NCBI RefSeq assembly: GCF_000341895.1
Contig: NC_020409.1
Location: 1,380,001-1,412,000 of the forward strand
From: Pseudodesulfovibrio piezophilus C1TLV30
GTDB lineage: Bacteria > Desulfobacterota > Desulfovibrionia > Desulfovibrionales > Desulfovibrionaceae
Length of the DNA stretch: 32,000 nucleotides
Reading direction: 5' to 3'
The position numbers and the translations under genes are program-made. The notes beneath the pieces are model-generated. The model saw nothing but the letters and a program-made list of their open reading frames with translations, was not told the origin of the DNA and did no database searches. This document shows positions 1-10,105 of this stretch, in pieces (positions within the stretch are counted from its first letter, which is position 1; every line of letters begins with the position of its first letter).

Positions 1-184
1 ATACCCATACGACGATCCCATGCTCAACGCCATGAGCAAGGATGGTTGAATATACCGTTGCGGCTTTCCGCTTCCTACATTTTTCGACATAATTGCAAAG
101 ACCTTCTTGACTCTATATACTTAAAGGATATATGTTCAACATAGACAATAAATCCTTCAAACACAACACTACCGGGAGGACACC

Positions 185-397
185 ATGAAGATTTTCGTCA
201 GAGAACGTCGCAGATCGGATAAAGGCCAACAACGACCACGCTATCGAGTAGTTGGCGTGCAAGGTGGAGATTTGAAAATCTACGCCAAACGAATACGTAA
301 ATGCGAACTGGCTGAACTGGCCGAACATACCGGCGCTGAAATTATCTACCTTGCACGAGGTGAGGACGAAGCAGAAGGTGTCAAGCCCAAAGGGTAA
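185..397 (+). CDS. small basic hypothetical protein (70 aa)
   Basis: ATG at 185 is preceded by GGGAGG about 6 nt upstream. A strong hairpin terminator follows at 445-492. No domain recognised. Confidence 0.55.
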   Translation: MKIFVRERRRSDKGQQRPRYRVVGVQGGDLKIYAKRIRKCELAELAEHTGAEIIYLARGEDEAEGVKPKG

Positions 398-444
398 ATA
401 AATGGCCCCTGTACCAAAGACACACAAAAGACTCATATTCAAAA

Positions 445-492
445 AAAGAAAGCTCCCTCACAAACACCCGTTTGTGAAGGAGCTTTCTTTTT
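445..492. terminator. bidirectional rho-independent terminator between convergent genes
   Basis: Long near-perfect hairpin: AAAGAAAGCTCC-C-TCACAAAC / ACCC loop / GTTTGTGA-A-GGAGCTTTCTTT. An A-run lies before it and a T-run after it. Confidence 0.75.
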
Positions 493-531
493 AAAGTACA
501 TGATATGGTTTTGGCAGCTTCTGCCGAGTAA

Positions 532-1383
532 TTAATCCTTGTAAACGATGGTCCCCACATGTTCGCCATTGAGCGCGGCATGTAGATGCTCCGGGTGACG
601 CAGGACATCAATTATTTGAAACTGCTTTAATGTTTTGGCATTCTTGAGAAAAGTTAAAACAGGACGTTCGACAATCAGGTCTTCCAAATCCATCTCTATC
701 AATTCATCGACATGAATTCTGTCAAAAAACCTGAGAGCCTCCCTGTCCTTGGCTTTCTTGGGGTCACTCTCGTACATCCCCTTTTCGTCTTTCAAATAAA
801 TCAAGGACTTGGCGCCGATATTTTCAGCCAACAGACACGCTCCCGAGTCCGTACGATGCGGGGGAATGGAACCGACTTCCGCCGGGTGTTCAAAGAAACC
901 ATAGGGAGGAATACCAGTGGTGATAGGCAGATATCCCTGTTGGCAATACATGTGGAGTTGCTCAAGATGGTCGCCATGCCCGATCATGGCTCCACCATGC
1001 TTGGCCAGAAGAACGGATAACATTTCGGCATTTTGTGCCGACACCTTGTCTCCGAGCTTGGAAAGCACCCCAGTGGGCATACCGAGGTCTATGCCGATAC
1101 TGTAGACATGCCGAGCACGAGTCCCTCCCCCACACATCAACAAAATCTTATGTTCTTCTTTGGCTTTGACCAGTTCTTCAAGAATCGGGAACAAAGCCGA
1201 CGCACCGCGGTCCATGATCGACTGCCCACCAATCTTGAGAACATTGACCTCCGGCTGCATACGGAAATATTCATCGGCCTCTGTTTCTCGTAGCAACCGC
1301 TTGTCAACCAGAGATTCGCCCAACAAAGGGGTCTCAATATGCAACCGTCCCTTTTCACCCTTTTCCTTGATCAGTTTACCCAT
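532..1383 (-). CDS. amino-acid-kinase-fold protein, molybdenum storage protein (MosA/MosB)-like
   Basis: 283 aa. The motifs VLKIGGQSIMDRG, GGGTRARHVYSIGIDLGMPTGVL, SAQNAEMLSVLLAKHG, PPHRTDSGACLLAE and GEHVGTIVY match my recollection of Azotobacter MoSto subunits (UMP-kinase fold). RBS AAGGAGA lies upstream. The gene sits directly downstream of a MOT1-type transporter. Confidence 0.75.
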   Translation of the reverse strand: MGKLIKEKGEKGRLHIETPLLGESLVDKRLLRETEADEYFRMQPEVNVLKIGGQSIMDRGASALFPILEELVKAKEEHKILLMCGGGTRARHVYSIGIDLGMPTGVLSKLGDKVSAQNAEMLSVLLAKHGGAMIGHGDHLEQLHMYCQQGYLPITTGIPPYGFFEHPAEVGSIPPHRTDSGACLLAENIGAKSLIYLKDEKGMYESDPKKAKDREALRFFDRIHVDELIEMDLEDLIVERPVLTFLKNAKTLKQFQIIDVLRHPEHLHAALNGEHVGTIVYKD

Positions 1384-1490
1384 GGGGTCTGTCTCCTTGC
1401 ACCCAAAAATGTTTCATTTAATGAGAGTATTGTATCGTCTGATGACAAAAAGACAAGACAAACCCGCTTACACCCGATTCGGAATCAGAC

Positions 1491-2684
1491 TCAGACCTTG
1501 ATTTTCCCGACGCGGATGATGTGATACAGGCAGATCCCGACGCCGAAAGCCCATGCGAGATTACTGATCAACGTAATAGCGAGCATGAGTACGACCACGA
1601 AAAGATCGGACCGAGAACTCATATCCATGATCGCCAAAGTCAATTGTGCGCCGGAGAAAAAGAGCAAAGCCCCAAGAACCCCCATAGGCAGGAGATGCAA
1701 GACATTGGCCGCTCCCGGTCCATAAAGAAGAGCCAGGAGAATGAAACCACCGCCAATAATCATGTTCGACCCACTTGTTCTGGCCCCGAAGCGATAGTGG
1801 GCAGCCAACCCGCCAGCACCATGGCAAACCGGCATTCCGCCCACCATGACGGAGAACAAATTGGCCAACCCCATGCTCATGCACAAGGCTCGATCCGTGA
1901 CACGCCGACTCTCCCGCCCGAAGTATTCAAAGCTCAAATCACGATTACCAATAACGGCATTGCCCATGGTCATGGGGATTTGGGGGAGCACCAGCACCAG
2001 CAGGGCAAAGGAAAAATCCCCCCCGGACGGAAATCCGAACGGCAAAAACCGTGGGAGGTGAAATCCGATCTGGACACCAGCCAACTCCTGCCACGCGCCG
2101 AGTAAGGAGCCGACAAGCACTCCACTGACAACAACAACCAACCCCGCCGGAAAACGACGGCTATTGAGCAAAAAGAGTGTTACCAGAAAAAAGAGTATGC
2201 CCAAAATCAGGCTCATGGGCATCCCCATAAAGGACTGACTATTCAGAAAAGGTTCTGTCCCACCATGCATGACTTGAAAATCACTGGTCCCCACAACCAT
2301 CTTCGCCCCCTTGGAAAGCAACAGGATACCTGTAGCCATCTGCACACCGCGTATGACCGTTTTCGGAACAATGCGCGCTACAAAATCCACCAAGTGCGTC
2401 GCTCCGAGAAAAAGCAGAAAAACAGCGACGATCAGTCCCGAAGCTGTAATAACATCCGGGCTGAGAGACTGACCGATGGCATACGCTGCCACGACCTTCA
2501 TCGGCTGGACCGCCACGGGCACACGATAATACATGCCACCCAGGACATACATCAGCCCTATAGTCAAAAACAATCCGGTGGCAGAGAGTCCGTTGATCAT
2601 GATCATGGCAAAAGCCAACGGCAAAAGAGTTCCGAGATCACCCACGGAACCGGCCCACTCCATTCTGTCAAAACTCATTCGCAT
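1491..2684 (-). CDS. MOT1-family (sulfate-permease-related) putative molybdate transporter
   Basis: The polytopic membrane ORF carries GDLGTLLPL and PVAVQPMK motifs typical of MFS_MOT1 molybdate transporters. The 536-aa track ORF would overlap argB, so the start is placed at ATG 2684 (MRMSFDR...) with GGGG 8-10 nt upstream. ATG 2678 is an alternative start. Confidence 0.75.
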   Translation of the reverse strand: MRMSFDRMEWAGSVGDLGTLLPLAFAMIMINGLSATGLFLTIGLMYVLGGMYYRVPVAVQPMKVVAAYAIGQSLSPDVITASGLIVAVFLLFLGATHLVDFVARIVPKTVIRGVQMATGILLLSKGAKMVVGTSDFQVMHGGTEPFLNSQSFMGMPMSLILGILFFLVTLFLLNSRRFPAGLVVVVSGVLVGSLLGAWQELAGVQIGFHLPRFLPFGFPSGGDFSFALLVLVLPQIPMTMGNAVIGNRDLSFEYFGRESRRVTDRALCMSMGLANLFSVMVGGMPVCHGAGGLAAHYRFGARTSGSNMIIGGGFILLALLYGPGAANVLHLLPMGVLGALLFFSGAQLTLAIMDMSSRSDLFVVVLMLAITLISNLAWAFGVGICLYHIIRVGKIKV

Positions 2685-2831
2685 TTTTTTGGCCCCTTTT
2701 GGATCTGTCAACACCAAAGAATCGTATCGATTCAAAGCACTCCAGACAACTCCGAATATTGACACAATGTCATCTTTCAAGGAGAATCCCGTCATCCGAA
2801 TATATCGCCCACCACGCGAGGAGCGCGCCGA

Positions 2832-3764
2832 ATGAAGAAAGAGTCCATCAGCCAGCGGGACATGAAACGTTACCAGCTGCAAGCCAAGTCCATCATAGAA
2901 ACACTGCCGTTCATCACGGATTTCTACGGCAAGACCATTGTCATAAAATATGGCGGAAACGCCATGATAGATGAGAAATTGAAGCGAGCCTTCGCTCTCA
3001 ATGTCATCCTCCTCAAATATATCGGCCTCAATCCTGTCATCGTCCACGGCGGCGGCCCGCAGATAGGGTCCATGCTCAAAGCGCTCAATATCGAATCCCA
3101 ATTCCGCGAAGGCTATCGCGTGACCGACGATGCGACCATGGATGTGGTCGAAATGGTCCTGGTTGGCAAGGTCAACAAGGAAATCGTCAATCTGATCAAC
3201 TTAAACGGCGGCAGCGCTGTGGGCTTGTCCGGCAAAGACGGGATGCTCATCAAGGCCGAACCCAAGGAACTTTCTGTCGAAAAAAAGAACGCTCCTCCTG
3301 AAATCATCGATCTCGGCAAGGTCGGCGAGGTCTCTTCCATCAATACGGCGCTGATACGGTCACTGGAAACCGATGGGTTCATCCCCGTCATCGCTCCTGT
3401 GGGGGTGGATGACGAAGGTAATACGTATAATATTAATGCCGATTCCGTCGCAGGGGCCATCGCCTCCGCTTTGGGAGCCAAGCGATTGTATCTACTCACT
3501 GATGTTCCGGGGCTTCTTGATGCGGATGGAGAACTCATCACCCACCTTTCCCACAAGGAAGCCTTTGACTGCATTGATTCCGGGGTCATCACCGGTGGTA
3601 TGATCCCCAAGATCAAATGCTGTATTGAAGCCGTTCCGGATGTGGAAAAGGCCGCGATAATCGATGGCAGGGTAGAAAACTGCATCCTGCTTGAGCTCTT
3701 CACCAAATCCGGTATAGGAACCGAAGTCATCGAAGAAAAACAACCGAGTCCAGATCGGCTGTGA
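2832..3764 (+). CDS. argB: acetylglutamate kinase
   Basis: [50 protein letters not shown] and [12 protein letters not shown] are classical ArgB signatures. The start could be the internal ATG at 2862. Confidence 0.95.
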   Translation: MKKESISQRDMKRYQLQAKSIIETLPFITDFYGKTIVIKYGGNAMIDEKLKRAFALNVILLKYIGLNPVIVHGGGPQIGSMLKALNIESQFREGYRVTDDATMDVVEMVLVGKVNKEIVNLINLNGGSAVGLSGKDGMLIKAEPKELSVEKKNAPPEIIDLGKVGEVSSINTALIRSLETDGFIPVIAPVGVDDEGNTYNINADSVAGAIASALGAKRLYLLTDVPGLLDADGELITHLSHKEAFDCIDSGVITGGMIPKIKCCIEAVPDVEKAAIIDGRVENCILLELFTKSGIGTEVIEEKQPSPDRL

Positions 3765-3831
3765 GATCTCTGCCATGGACCCTGATAATCGTCGCCACAA
3801 TAATGCAAGCCACTGACTTAAGGAAGACACA

Positions 3832-4233
3832 ATGAAGAATCTCGACTGGACTGCAGCCTTGAATATCGGACTTGATGTTCTGGATGAACAGCATAAACAG
3901 CTTCTAACCATCGGCAATGACCTCCTGGATGCCATCCGCCGTGGCGAAGGGGAAACCATCCTCAAAGAGACATTCAACCGCCTCAAGGCATATACCGTGT
4001 ACCACTTCAAGGAGGAAGAGGCGTACATGAAGGAAATAGGCTTTCCCGATCTTGATTCACACGCTGCCGACCATGCCCTTCTCCTGGTACGAGTCAACAC
4101 CTTATGGCGCATGCTTGAAAGCGGAGAGAATATTTCCCCCAAGGGGGTCTCCCTGTTTCTCAGCGACTGGATCAACGAACACATTCTCCATAGAGATGCC
4201 GAGATCGGCCGATTTGCCAATTCCCGTTCCTGA
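3832..4233 (+). CDS. bacteriohemerythrin-like protein
   Basis: 133 aa. The pattern is W...L.IG...D.QH..L, then YTVYHFKEEE, then H...H, then WINEHILHRD, which are the hemerythrin His/Glu/Asp iron ligands. RBS AAGGAAG. Confidence 0.85.
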   Translation: MKNLDWTAALNIGLDVLDEQHKQLLTIGNDLLDAIRRGEGETILKETFNRLKAYTVYHFKEEEAYMKEIGFPDLDSHAADHALLLVRVNTLWRMLESGENISPKGVSLFLSDWINEHILHRDAEIGRFANSRS

Positions 4234-4318
4234 CCAGTGCCGGACCATCGCCAAGACACACTTTCTTGCTCCGGCGATGCCTCTGCCGTAGCGTCAGTCC
4301 GAACACAAAGGGAGTTTC

Positions 4319-5578
4319 ATGAGTCACGGATTTTTCACTATCATCAGTCGAGCTGAATTCCAGAATTTTCTCAAAGATTTCCACCCACTGCCTTCAGAAA
4401 CAGTTCGTCTGTCGCGCGCATCGGGACGGACCCTGGCCTTCGATCTGATTGCCGATCACGATTGGCCCCTGATGGACCGGTCCTGCATGGATGGCTTCGC
4501 CATCAACGCCCGCGACGTATTCGGCGCAAGTGAAACAAATCCTGCTTATCTAGACTGTACCGACACCCTCTCCATCGATACAATTCCGAAGATGAACATT
4601 GCACCGGGCGAATGCATCCGAATCTCAACAGGTGGCCTCCTCCCCGAGGGGGCTGACGCTGTCGTGATGGTCGAACATACTCAGGAAGTCGGGGAAAGCA
4701 TGAATGGCCTCGGCATCACAATTGAAATTCGCAAGAGCATTGCTCCGGGTGAAAATGTCATGCAGCGAGGGGAGGACGCCAGAACCGGACAAATCGCTCT
4801 GCCTGCCGGAACCGTGATCCGACCACAGGAAGTCGGGCTTTCCGCAGCTCTCGGTTTTGAAAGATTGTCTCTGATTCAACGCCCTCGGGTAGGAATCCTT
4901 TCCACAGGAGACGAGCTTATCGAAGTCAGTCAAATGCCCCGACCGGGAAAAGTACGTGACGTCAATTCCCACACGATCGCGACCTTGGTCAAACAGGTCA
5001 ATGGAATCCCAACAAGATACGGAATTGTCAAAGACGACCTTGAAAGCCTGAATAGCGCGCTGGCCACTGCTGTGGCTGAAAATGACCTTATCCTCCTGTC
5101 CGGCGGTAGCTCAATCGGAGTTCGCGACCTGACAGTGCAGACCATAGAAGCGATGGAGGATTCTGCACTTCTGGCCCATGGGGTGGCGTTAAGCCCCGGT
5201 AAACCGACTATCCTCGGACGTGTGGGAAGCAAGCCTGTCCTTGGCCTGCCGGGTCAGGTCACCTCGGCCCTGGTGGTCATGCATGTGCTCATTTTACCGC
5301 TGATCCGCCACCTACAGGGTGATCCGGCCGCCTTTGATGAAACCCGCCGACCAACGCACCCTGCCGTACTGGCCAGAAATGTTCCTTCCAAGCCGGGACG
5401 GGAAGATTACATTCGCATCAAAATCGAACCGCGAGACGGGAAACTTCCTCTCGCTCATCCGGTGCTTGGCAAGTCCGGCCTCCTCAGAACCATGATCCAG
5501 GCTGACGGATTAACGGCTATCCCTGCGGATTCCGAAGGATTATATGAAGGACAGACCATTGATGTCTGGAGAGTGTGA
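4319..5578 (+). CDS. moeA: molybdopterin molybdenumtransferase
   Basis: 419 aa with the MoeA motifs SCMDGFAI, ISTGGLLPEGADAVVMVE, GILSTGDEL and LLSGGSSIGVRD. Confidence 0.9.
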   Translation: MSHGFFTIISRAEFQNFLKDFHPLPSETVRLSRASGRTLAFDLIADHDWPLMDRSCMDGFAINARDVFGASETNPAYLDCTDTLSIDTIPKMNIAPGECIRISTGGLLPEGADAVVMVEHTQEVGESMNGLGITIEIRKSIAPGENVMQRGEDARTGQIALPAGTVIRPQEVGLSAALGFERLSLIQRPRVGILSTGDELIEVSQMPRPGKVRDVNSHTIATLVKQVNGIPTRYGIVKDDLESLNSALATAVAENDLILLSGGSSIGVRDLTVQTIEAMEDSALLAHGVALSPGKPTILGRVGSKPVLGLPGQVTSALVVMHVLILPLIRHLQGDPAAFDETRRPTHPAVLARNVPSKPGREDYIRIKIEPRDGKLPLAHPVLGKSGLLRTMIQADGLTAIPADSEGLYEGQTIDVWRV

Positions 5579-5587
5579 GCCCTGGTC

Positions 5588-6538
5588 CTAGAAAAGATCT
5601 TCTTCGCCTTCCAGCTCCACGATTTTCCATTCGCCCCGGACTTTGGTGACGACAAAGACGGAATCTTCTTCCAGATTCCTGTCGAGATTCGCCACTTTGA
5701 CTCTATAGGCTCCGAAAACACGAACCCGTGCGAATGAACCTTCAAGTTCGACAAGTTCAAACCCGAGTCCTCCGGTGTCCACCTTGGCTGTTCGCAAAAC
5801 GGAATACGTCCCACGCTGCCGCTGAATTTCCTTGAAAACTTCAAACCGAAAATCATTTCTATCGCGGACATCCTCCGCAAACAGCTTGGCATAGTCATCG
5901 GCCAGAGATGTCTGGCGGACATAAAATTCGCGTAACAGTTCCACCAACGGTTCCGGCACGATGGAATTGGGGTCTTGAGGAGGTGGAGCCTGTGTGTGTT
6001 CCTTCTGCTTTGCCCCATGCGCTTCATCGCCCATAGGAAGTTCCATCAGCGTCAGGTAGAGCTTGATTTCCGAAACTGCCAACTTGACCTTGGAAGTTAC
6101 CTCTCCTTTGGGGAAAACACTTTCCACGACAAGACGAAGTGATTTTGATGGTTTCCCGGCACATTCGATGATTTGCTCACCGGGTTCGTCTCTGAGCCAG
6201 AAACGAACCTCTGTACCATCGGGATAGACGATCTTTCCCGAACGGATTCGACGAAATGCGTGAAATTGGCCTTTGCCTTGATGCCCGTTGAAAATCCCCA
6301 GCCTGCTGACTCGAACCGGAATCCCGAAATCCAATTCTATCCACTGCCCGACACCAGGTCCGATCCCTCCGCCGACCCAGGCGGTCGAGGGATCTCCATC
6401 CATGAGATTGTCAGGCGTATGAGGAAGACCGAATTCAACTTTGACGCTGGACACCGAGACAGTCACGTCCATGGCCCATCCCGGAACCCCAATCAGAAGA
6501 AGCACGAAAAGACTGAGAAATGACTGTATGATTCGCAT
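5588..6538 (-). CDS. secreted protein with N-terminal discoidin/galactose-binding-like domain and NTF2-like C-terminal half
   Basis: The start is moved to ATG 6538 (MRIIQSFLSLFVLLLIGVPGWA signal peptide, RBS GGGA). The longer track ORF would run through the ahcY terminator at 6580-6609. The motif DGDPSTAW...GQWIELDF is discoidin-like. Confidence 0.6.
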   Translation of the reverse strand: MRIIQSFLSLFVLLLIGVPGWAMDVTVSVSSVKVEFGLPHTPDNLMDGDPSTAWVGGGIGPGVGQWIELDFGIPVRVSRLGIFNGHQGKGQFHAFRRIRSGKIVYPDGTEVRFWLRDEPGEQIIECAGKPSKSLRLVVESVFPKGEVTSKVKLAVSEIKLYLTLMELPMGDEAHGAKQKEHTQAPPPQDPNSIVPEPLVELLREFYVRQTSLADDYAKLFAEDVRDRNDFRFEVFKEIQRQRGTYSVLRTAKVDTGGLGFELVELEGSFARVRVFGAYRVKVANLDRNLEEDSVFVVTKVRGEWKIVELEGEEDLF

Positions 6539-6579
6539 GACTATCCCTTTAGCACACCTCATCCCGGTTCGCCTCCCAT

Positions 6580-6609
6580 AAAAAAGGGAGAAGTCCGAAG
6601 ACTCCCCCC
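6580..6609 (-). terminator. rho-independent terminator of ahcY
   Basis: On the minus strand: GGGGGGAGTC-TTCG-GACTTCTCCC followed by TTTTTT. Confidence 0.65.
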
Positions 6610-6634
6610 TCCAACAGATCATGATAAAACGGAA

Positions 6635-8065
6635 TTAATAACGGTAATGGTCTGGCTTGAAAGGACCGTCCACATCGACACCAATGTAGTCAGCCTGTTT
6701 CTTGGTGAGCTTTTCAAGCTTAACCCCTAGACGTTCCAGGTGAAGGCGAGCGACTTCCTCATCCAGTTTCTTGGGCAGGATCATCACCTTGGGTTCATAA
6801 TCGTTCTGAGCCAGATCAAGCTGAGCCAGAACCTGGTTGGTGAAGGAATTCGACATCACGAAACTCGGATGTCCTGTGGCGCAACCGAGGTTGACCAGGC
6901 GACCTTCAGCCAGAACGATAAGAGAGTTACCTGAGGGCAATGTCCACTTATCAACCTGCGGCTTGACTTCCTTCTTGATGCACTTGGGATTGTTTTCCAG
7001 ATGTCCCATTTCAATCTCGGAATCGAAGTGGCCGATATTGCAAAGAATAGCTTCGTCCTTCATGGCATCCATATGCGCCCCGGTCACGACATGATAGTTG
7101 CCGGTGCACGTGACGAAGATATCACCGCGCGGTGCGGCGTCATCCATGGTCGTGACTTCATATCCTTCCATGGCGGCCTGAAGGGCGCAGATGGGATCAA
7201 CTTCAGTAATCAGCACACGAGCGCCAAAGCCACGCATGGACTGGGCGCAGCCTTTACCGACATCACCATACCCGACCACGACAACAACCTTGCCTGCCAC
7301 CATCACATCAGTGGCGCGTTTGATACCGTCAGCCAGAGACTCGCGGCAACCATACAAATTATCGAATTTGGATTTTGTCACGGAATCATTAACATTGAAG
7401 GCCGGGAACAACAACTCTCCCGCACGCTGCATTTCATAGAGTCGGTGCACACCAGTGGTCGTTTCTTCGGAAACACCACGGATCGTTTTGGCAATCGTGG
7501 TCCACTTCTCAGGGTTGGCCGCCACAGAGGCCTCCAAACGGTCCATGATCATCTGGAATTCCAAGACATCATGCTTTTTGCCCAGCAGACTCGGATCAGC
7601 TTCGCACTTCACCCCCTGGTGAATAAGCAGCGTGGCATCACCACCATCATCAACGATGAGGTCAGGGCCGGAGCCATCGGGCCATGTCAGAGCCTGCTCA
7701 GTGCACCACCAATACTCTTCCAGCGTCTCACCTTTCCATGCGAAAACCTTGGCCATCCCGGAGTCCGCGATTGCTGCAGCAGCATGATCCTGAGTAGAAA
7801 AGATGTTGCAGGATGCCCACCGGATATCAGCGCCCAATTCGTAAAGGCACTTGATGAGCATGGCGGTTTGGATAGTCATGTGCAACGACCCCATGACCTT
7901 GAAGCCCTTCAGGGGCTTATCCTTACCTGACTTCTCTATAAGAGACATGAGGCCCGGCATTTCGCGCTCGGACAACTGCATTTCCATATGACCCCATTCG
8001 GCCAAAGACATATCAGCGACTTTGTTCTCGCATTTGGGATCAACGGGCATTACTTTCGTAGACAT
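6635..8065 (-). CDS. ahcY: adenosylhomocysteinase
   Basis: 476 aa. [24 protein letters not shown], the [13 protein letters not shown]-binding loop, HFDSEIE and KPDHYRY at the C-terminus are all typical of SAH hydrolase. Confidence 0.97.
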   Translation of the reverse strand: MSTKVMPVDPKCENKVADMSLAEWGHMEMQLSEREMPGLMSLIEKSGKDKPLKGFKVMGSLHMTIQTAMLIKCLYELGADIRWASCNIFSTQDHAAAAIADSGMAKVFAWKGETLEEYWWCTEQALTWPDGSGPDLIVDDGGDATLLIHQGVKCEADPSLLGKKHDVLEFQMIMDRLEASVAANPEKWTTIAKTIRGVSEETTTGVHRLYEMQRAGELLFPAFNVNDSVTKSKFDNLYGCRESLADGIKRATDVMVAGKVVVVVGYGDVGKGCAQSMRGFGARVLITEVDPICALQAAMEGYEVTTMDDAAPRGDIFVTCTGNYHVVTGAHMDAMKDEAILCNIGHFDSEIEMGHLENNPKCIKKEVKPQVDKWTLPSGNSLIVLAEGRLVNLGCATGHPSFVMSNSFTNQVLAQLDLAQNDYEPKVMILPKKLDEEVARLHLERLGVKLEKLTKKQADYIGVDVDGPFKPDHYRY

Positions 8066-8093
8066 GGTTCCTCCACGTATCGGGGTTTGGATT

Positions 8094-9005
8094 CTATTGC
8101 TTCTCAGCCTCGTATATCACAACTACGAGGTCCATGTTGACTTGAAATTCAGTGACGTCCCTGACGGTAAAATCCGTCTGGGCCAGCCAGTCGCACATCT
8201 TGCTTTTCGGGATGCCGAGCCTGCGGTCACCGTACTCGCTTCGCATTATTTCGTTGTCGTGCTGATCAAACTCAGCGATAAGCAGTTTCCCGCCTTTGCG
8301 AAGGACACGACCGGCCTCGCGAAGGGCATCCACCGGCCGAGCCAAATGGTGGAGAACCAACGACATGATCGTACAGTCCGCTTCCTGATCCCGCAGGGGT
8401 AAATGGGTCATCTCCCCAATACGCAACGACATGTTGGCATCACCGGAAAACCGCTCTTCAGCAAGCTCCAGCATTTTAGGCGAATTATCGACACCGATGA
8501 CCATATCAGATGTTCCGGCCAGTATCTCCAGCATATCGCCGGGACCACAGCCGATATCGGCAGCACACCCGCACTGAGGCAGTCGAGTCTGGATTTCACG
8601 ACCCAGATCAATCTCGCCAAGCACTTCTGCGGTCATTCTATCCCACTCGGGAGCAATTGCATCAAAGAATTGACGAGTTGCAGCCATACGCTCACGAATG
8701 ACCCGGTCCGCTCTATTGCTGTCCCGTTTCAGTTCGTTTTCGCCTTCGAACAGCAGTGCGATACCATCAAGAAAGTCCCGACCTGGTCCATCTTCACTCG
8801 CACGGTAAAAAGCCCAAAGCCCTTCCCGACGAACATCAACCAGCCCGGAATCGGACAGAATTTTCAGATGTCGCGAAATTCGCGACTGTCCCATCTCCAT
8901 CACCTGAACAATCTCACCTACATTCAACTCGTACTCCAGAAGGACATTGACCAATCTGGCCCGAGTTTCATCTGCAAGAGCTTTGCAATATTTAATTATT
9001 TTCAT
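8094..9005 (-). CDS. sahR: ArsR-type HTH fused to SAM-methyltransferase-like domain; SahR-type regulator of the SAM cycle
   Basis: The N-terminus is an ArsR wHTH ([13 protein letters not shown]...[21 protein letters not shown]). The C-terminus is a class I methyltransferase fold (DIGCGPGD motif I). The gene lies 28 nt upstream of ahcY on the same strand, which is the architecture described for SahR in Desulfovibrio. Confidence 0.75.
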   Translation of the reverse strand: MKIIKYCKALADETRARLVNVLLEYELNVGEIVQVMEMGQSRISRHLKILSDSGLVDVRREGLWAFYRASEDGPGRDFLDGIALLFEGENELKRDSNRADRVIRERMAATRQFFDAIAPEWDRMTAEVLGEIDLGREIQTRLPQCGCAADIGCGPGDMLEILAGTSDMVIGVDNSPKMLELAEERFSGDANMSLRIGEMTHLPLRDQEADCTIMSLVLHHLARPVDALREAGRVLRKGGKLLIAEFDQHDNEIMRSEYGDRRLGIPKSKMCDWLAQTDFTVRDVTEFQVNMDLVVVIYEAEKQ

Positions 9006-9017
9006 TGACCTCGTCCT

Positions 9018-9037
9018 ATATCAGGATATCTTGATAT
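9018..9037. promoter_or_regulatory. 20-bp palindromic operator, candidate SahR box
   Basis: ATATCAGGAT|ATCTTGATAT; the half-sites match at 9 of 10 positions. It sits 13 nt upstream of the sahR start, in the divergent intergenic region. Confidence 0.5.
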
Positions 9038-9151
9038 ATGGAATATTTGATTTCTAGCTTAAGCAGTGTAGCCCGTCAAGCCTTAAGGCATAGTCCAGTG
9101 AATTGTTTATGGCTGATTCCTGTGATAGAGACAGGACAAGTGAGGCGAATC

Positions 9152-9571
9152 ATGAAACCCATCTTTTGTATCATGGCAATGACCGCTTTCTTCTTGACGG
9201 GATGCCAGGCCGCCCGGCAAACCATCCCTGTCAGCACGAACCCAAGTGGAGCTATGGTTTATGCCGATGGCGCGCAAATCTGCATCAGCCCGTGCTCAGT
9301 CAAACTTGAACGCCGATCTGATCATCTCATTACCCTTCTCAAAGATGGGTATGAACAGGAAGACGTCACTATCGTCCGTAGATTCAAGCCTGACAAAGCT
9401 CTCCGAGACGGCATTTTCACGGGCGTCTTCAAAGGAGGCAACTCCGAGGAAATCGGCCCGCAGATAGCGCAGGAAATAGCAAAAGAAATGGACAAGCAGG
9501 AGCGGAGCGGCGAGGCGTATGAACTGCGCCCCACAATTCTCACGATAACCTTGCAGCCAAAAATCTACTAG
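9152..9571 (+). CDS. PEGA-domain lipoprotein
   Basis: The start is moved to ATG 9152 (RBS GAGG). The N-terminus MKPIFCIMAMTAFFLTGC carries a lipobox (LTGC). NPSGAMVYADG is a PEGA-like motif. Confidence 0.7.
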   Translation: MKPIFCIMAMTAFFLTGCQAARQTIPVSTNPSGAMVYADGAQICISPCSVKLERRSDHLITLLKDGYEQEDVTIVRRFKPDKALRDGIFTGVFKGGNSEEIGPQIAQEIAKEMDKQERSGEAYELRPTILTITLQPKIY

Positions 9572-9577
9572 GATATC

Positions 9578-10066
9578 ATGGCACGATATTTCAGACATTA
9601 TAGCAAGAAAGGGCGCTCCAACCGCATGGTCAGCCTGACCAATGCTCTGCCCCGATTCCTTGGCAAGCTGGACACAACCGGCAGCTTGGACCTGATCCAC
9701 CTCTGGCGCTCGTGGGATGATCTTATGGGAGAGATGGCTTCGGTCGCACGTCCATTGGGACACAGGAAAAAAAAGCTGATCCTCGCAGCAGAAGACCCCA
9801 TGGTCATGCAGGAGGCCCAATTTCTCGCTCCCATGATTCTTGAAATCGTGAATGGCTTTTTAGGTCAAGAAGTCTTTGACAAAGTGGTATTCGAACTGCT
9901 AAACGGCAGAGTTCCTTTGGACGGGGAGTTTTCCGTGGAAGCACCACCTCTGCCCAAGGAACCAACAAAGCCTAAGAAATTAGGCGGTTTGAATAAAGAT
10001 CTGGACCCTGAATCTCCTCTGGGACGATGCTATAGGGCATACCAGCGAATGTTCGAAGAGATTTGA
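9578..10066 (+). CDS. DUF721 (DciA-like) protein
   Basis: LIHLWRSWDDLMGEMASVARPLGHRKKKLILAAEDPMVMQEAQFLAPMILEIVN fits the DUF721 pattern. The start is uncertain; ATG 9626 is an alternative. Confidence 0.65.
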   Translation: MARYFRHYSKKGRSNRMVSLTNALPRFLGKLDTTGSLDLIHLWRSWDDLMGEMASVARPLGHRKKKLILAAEDPMVMQEAQFLAPMILEIVNGFLGQEVFDKVVFELLNGRVPLDGEFSVEAPPLPKEPTKPKKLGGLNKDLDPESPLGRCYRAYQRMFEEI

Positions 10067-10105
10067 TAAATTTTCGCCTCCGGGCATTTTTTAAGGAGAG
10101 ACACC

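Noticed and set aside
2-49. Possible 3' end of a plus-strand gene (…YPYDDPMLNAMSKDG*)
   Set aside because: Only 15 codons are visible, which is too short to support any call.
2685-2831. Possible Moco riboswitch in the leader of the MOT1-type transporter
   Set aside because: The location is attractive, but I cannot recognise the conserved Moco-motif helices by eye. An Infernal scan with Rfam RF01055 would be needed, so it is not claimed.
2685-3101. N-terminal 139-codon extension of the transporter ORF (track 1491-3101)
   Set aside because: The extension would overlap argB by 270 nt on the opposite strand and has no membrane character. The transporter homology (GDLGT...) begins just after ATG 2684.
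3113-4259. 231-aa and 255-aa minus-strand ORFs
   Set aside because: They are antisense to argB and the hemerythrin gene, are Ser/Arg-rich with no motifs, and are shadow ORFs.
7001-7930. 309-aa ORF on the plus strand
   Set aside because: It is fully antisense to the unambiguous ahcY gene and shows no motifs, so it is a shadow ORF of a GC-biased coding region.
8403-9008. 201-aa plus-strand ORF
   Set aside because: It is antisense to sahR, has no RBS or motif, and is a shadow ORF. The same reasoning applies to 8022-8402.
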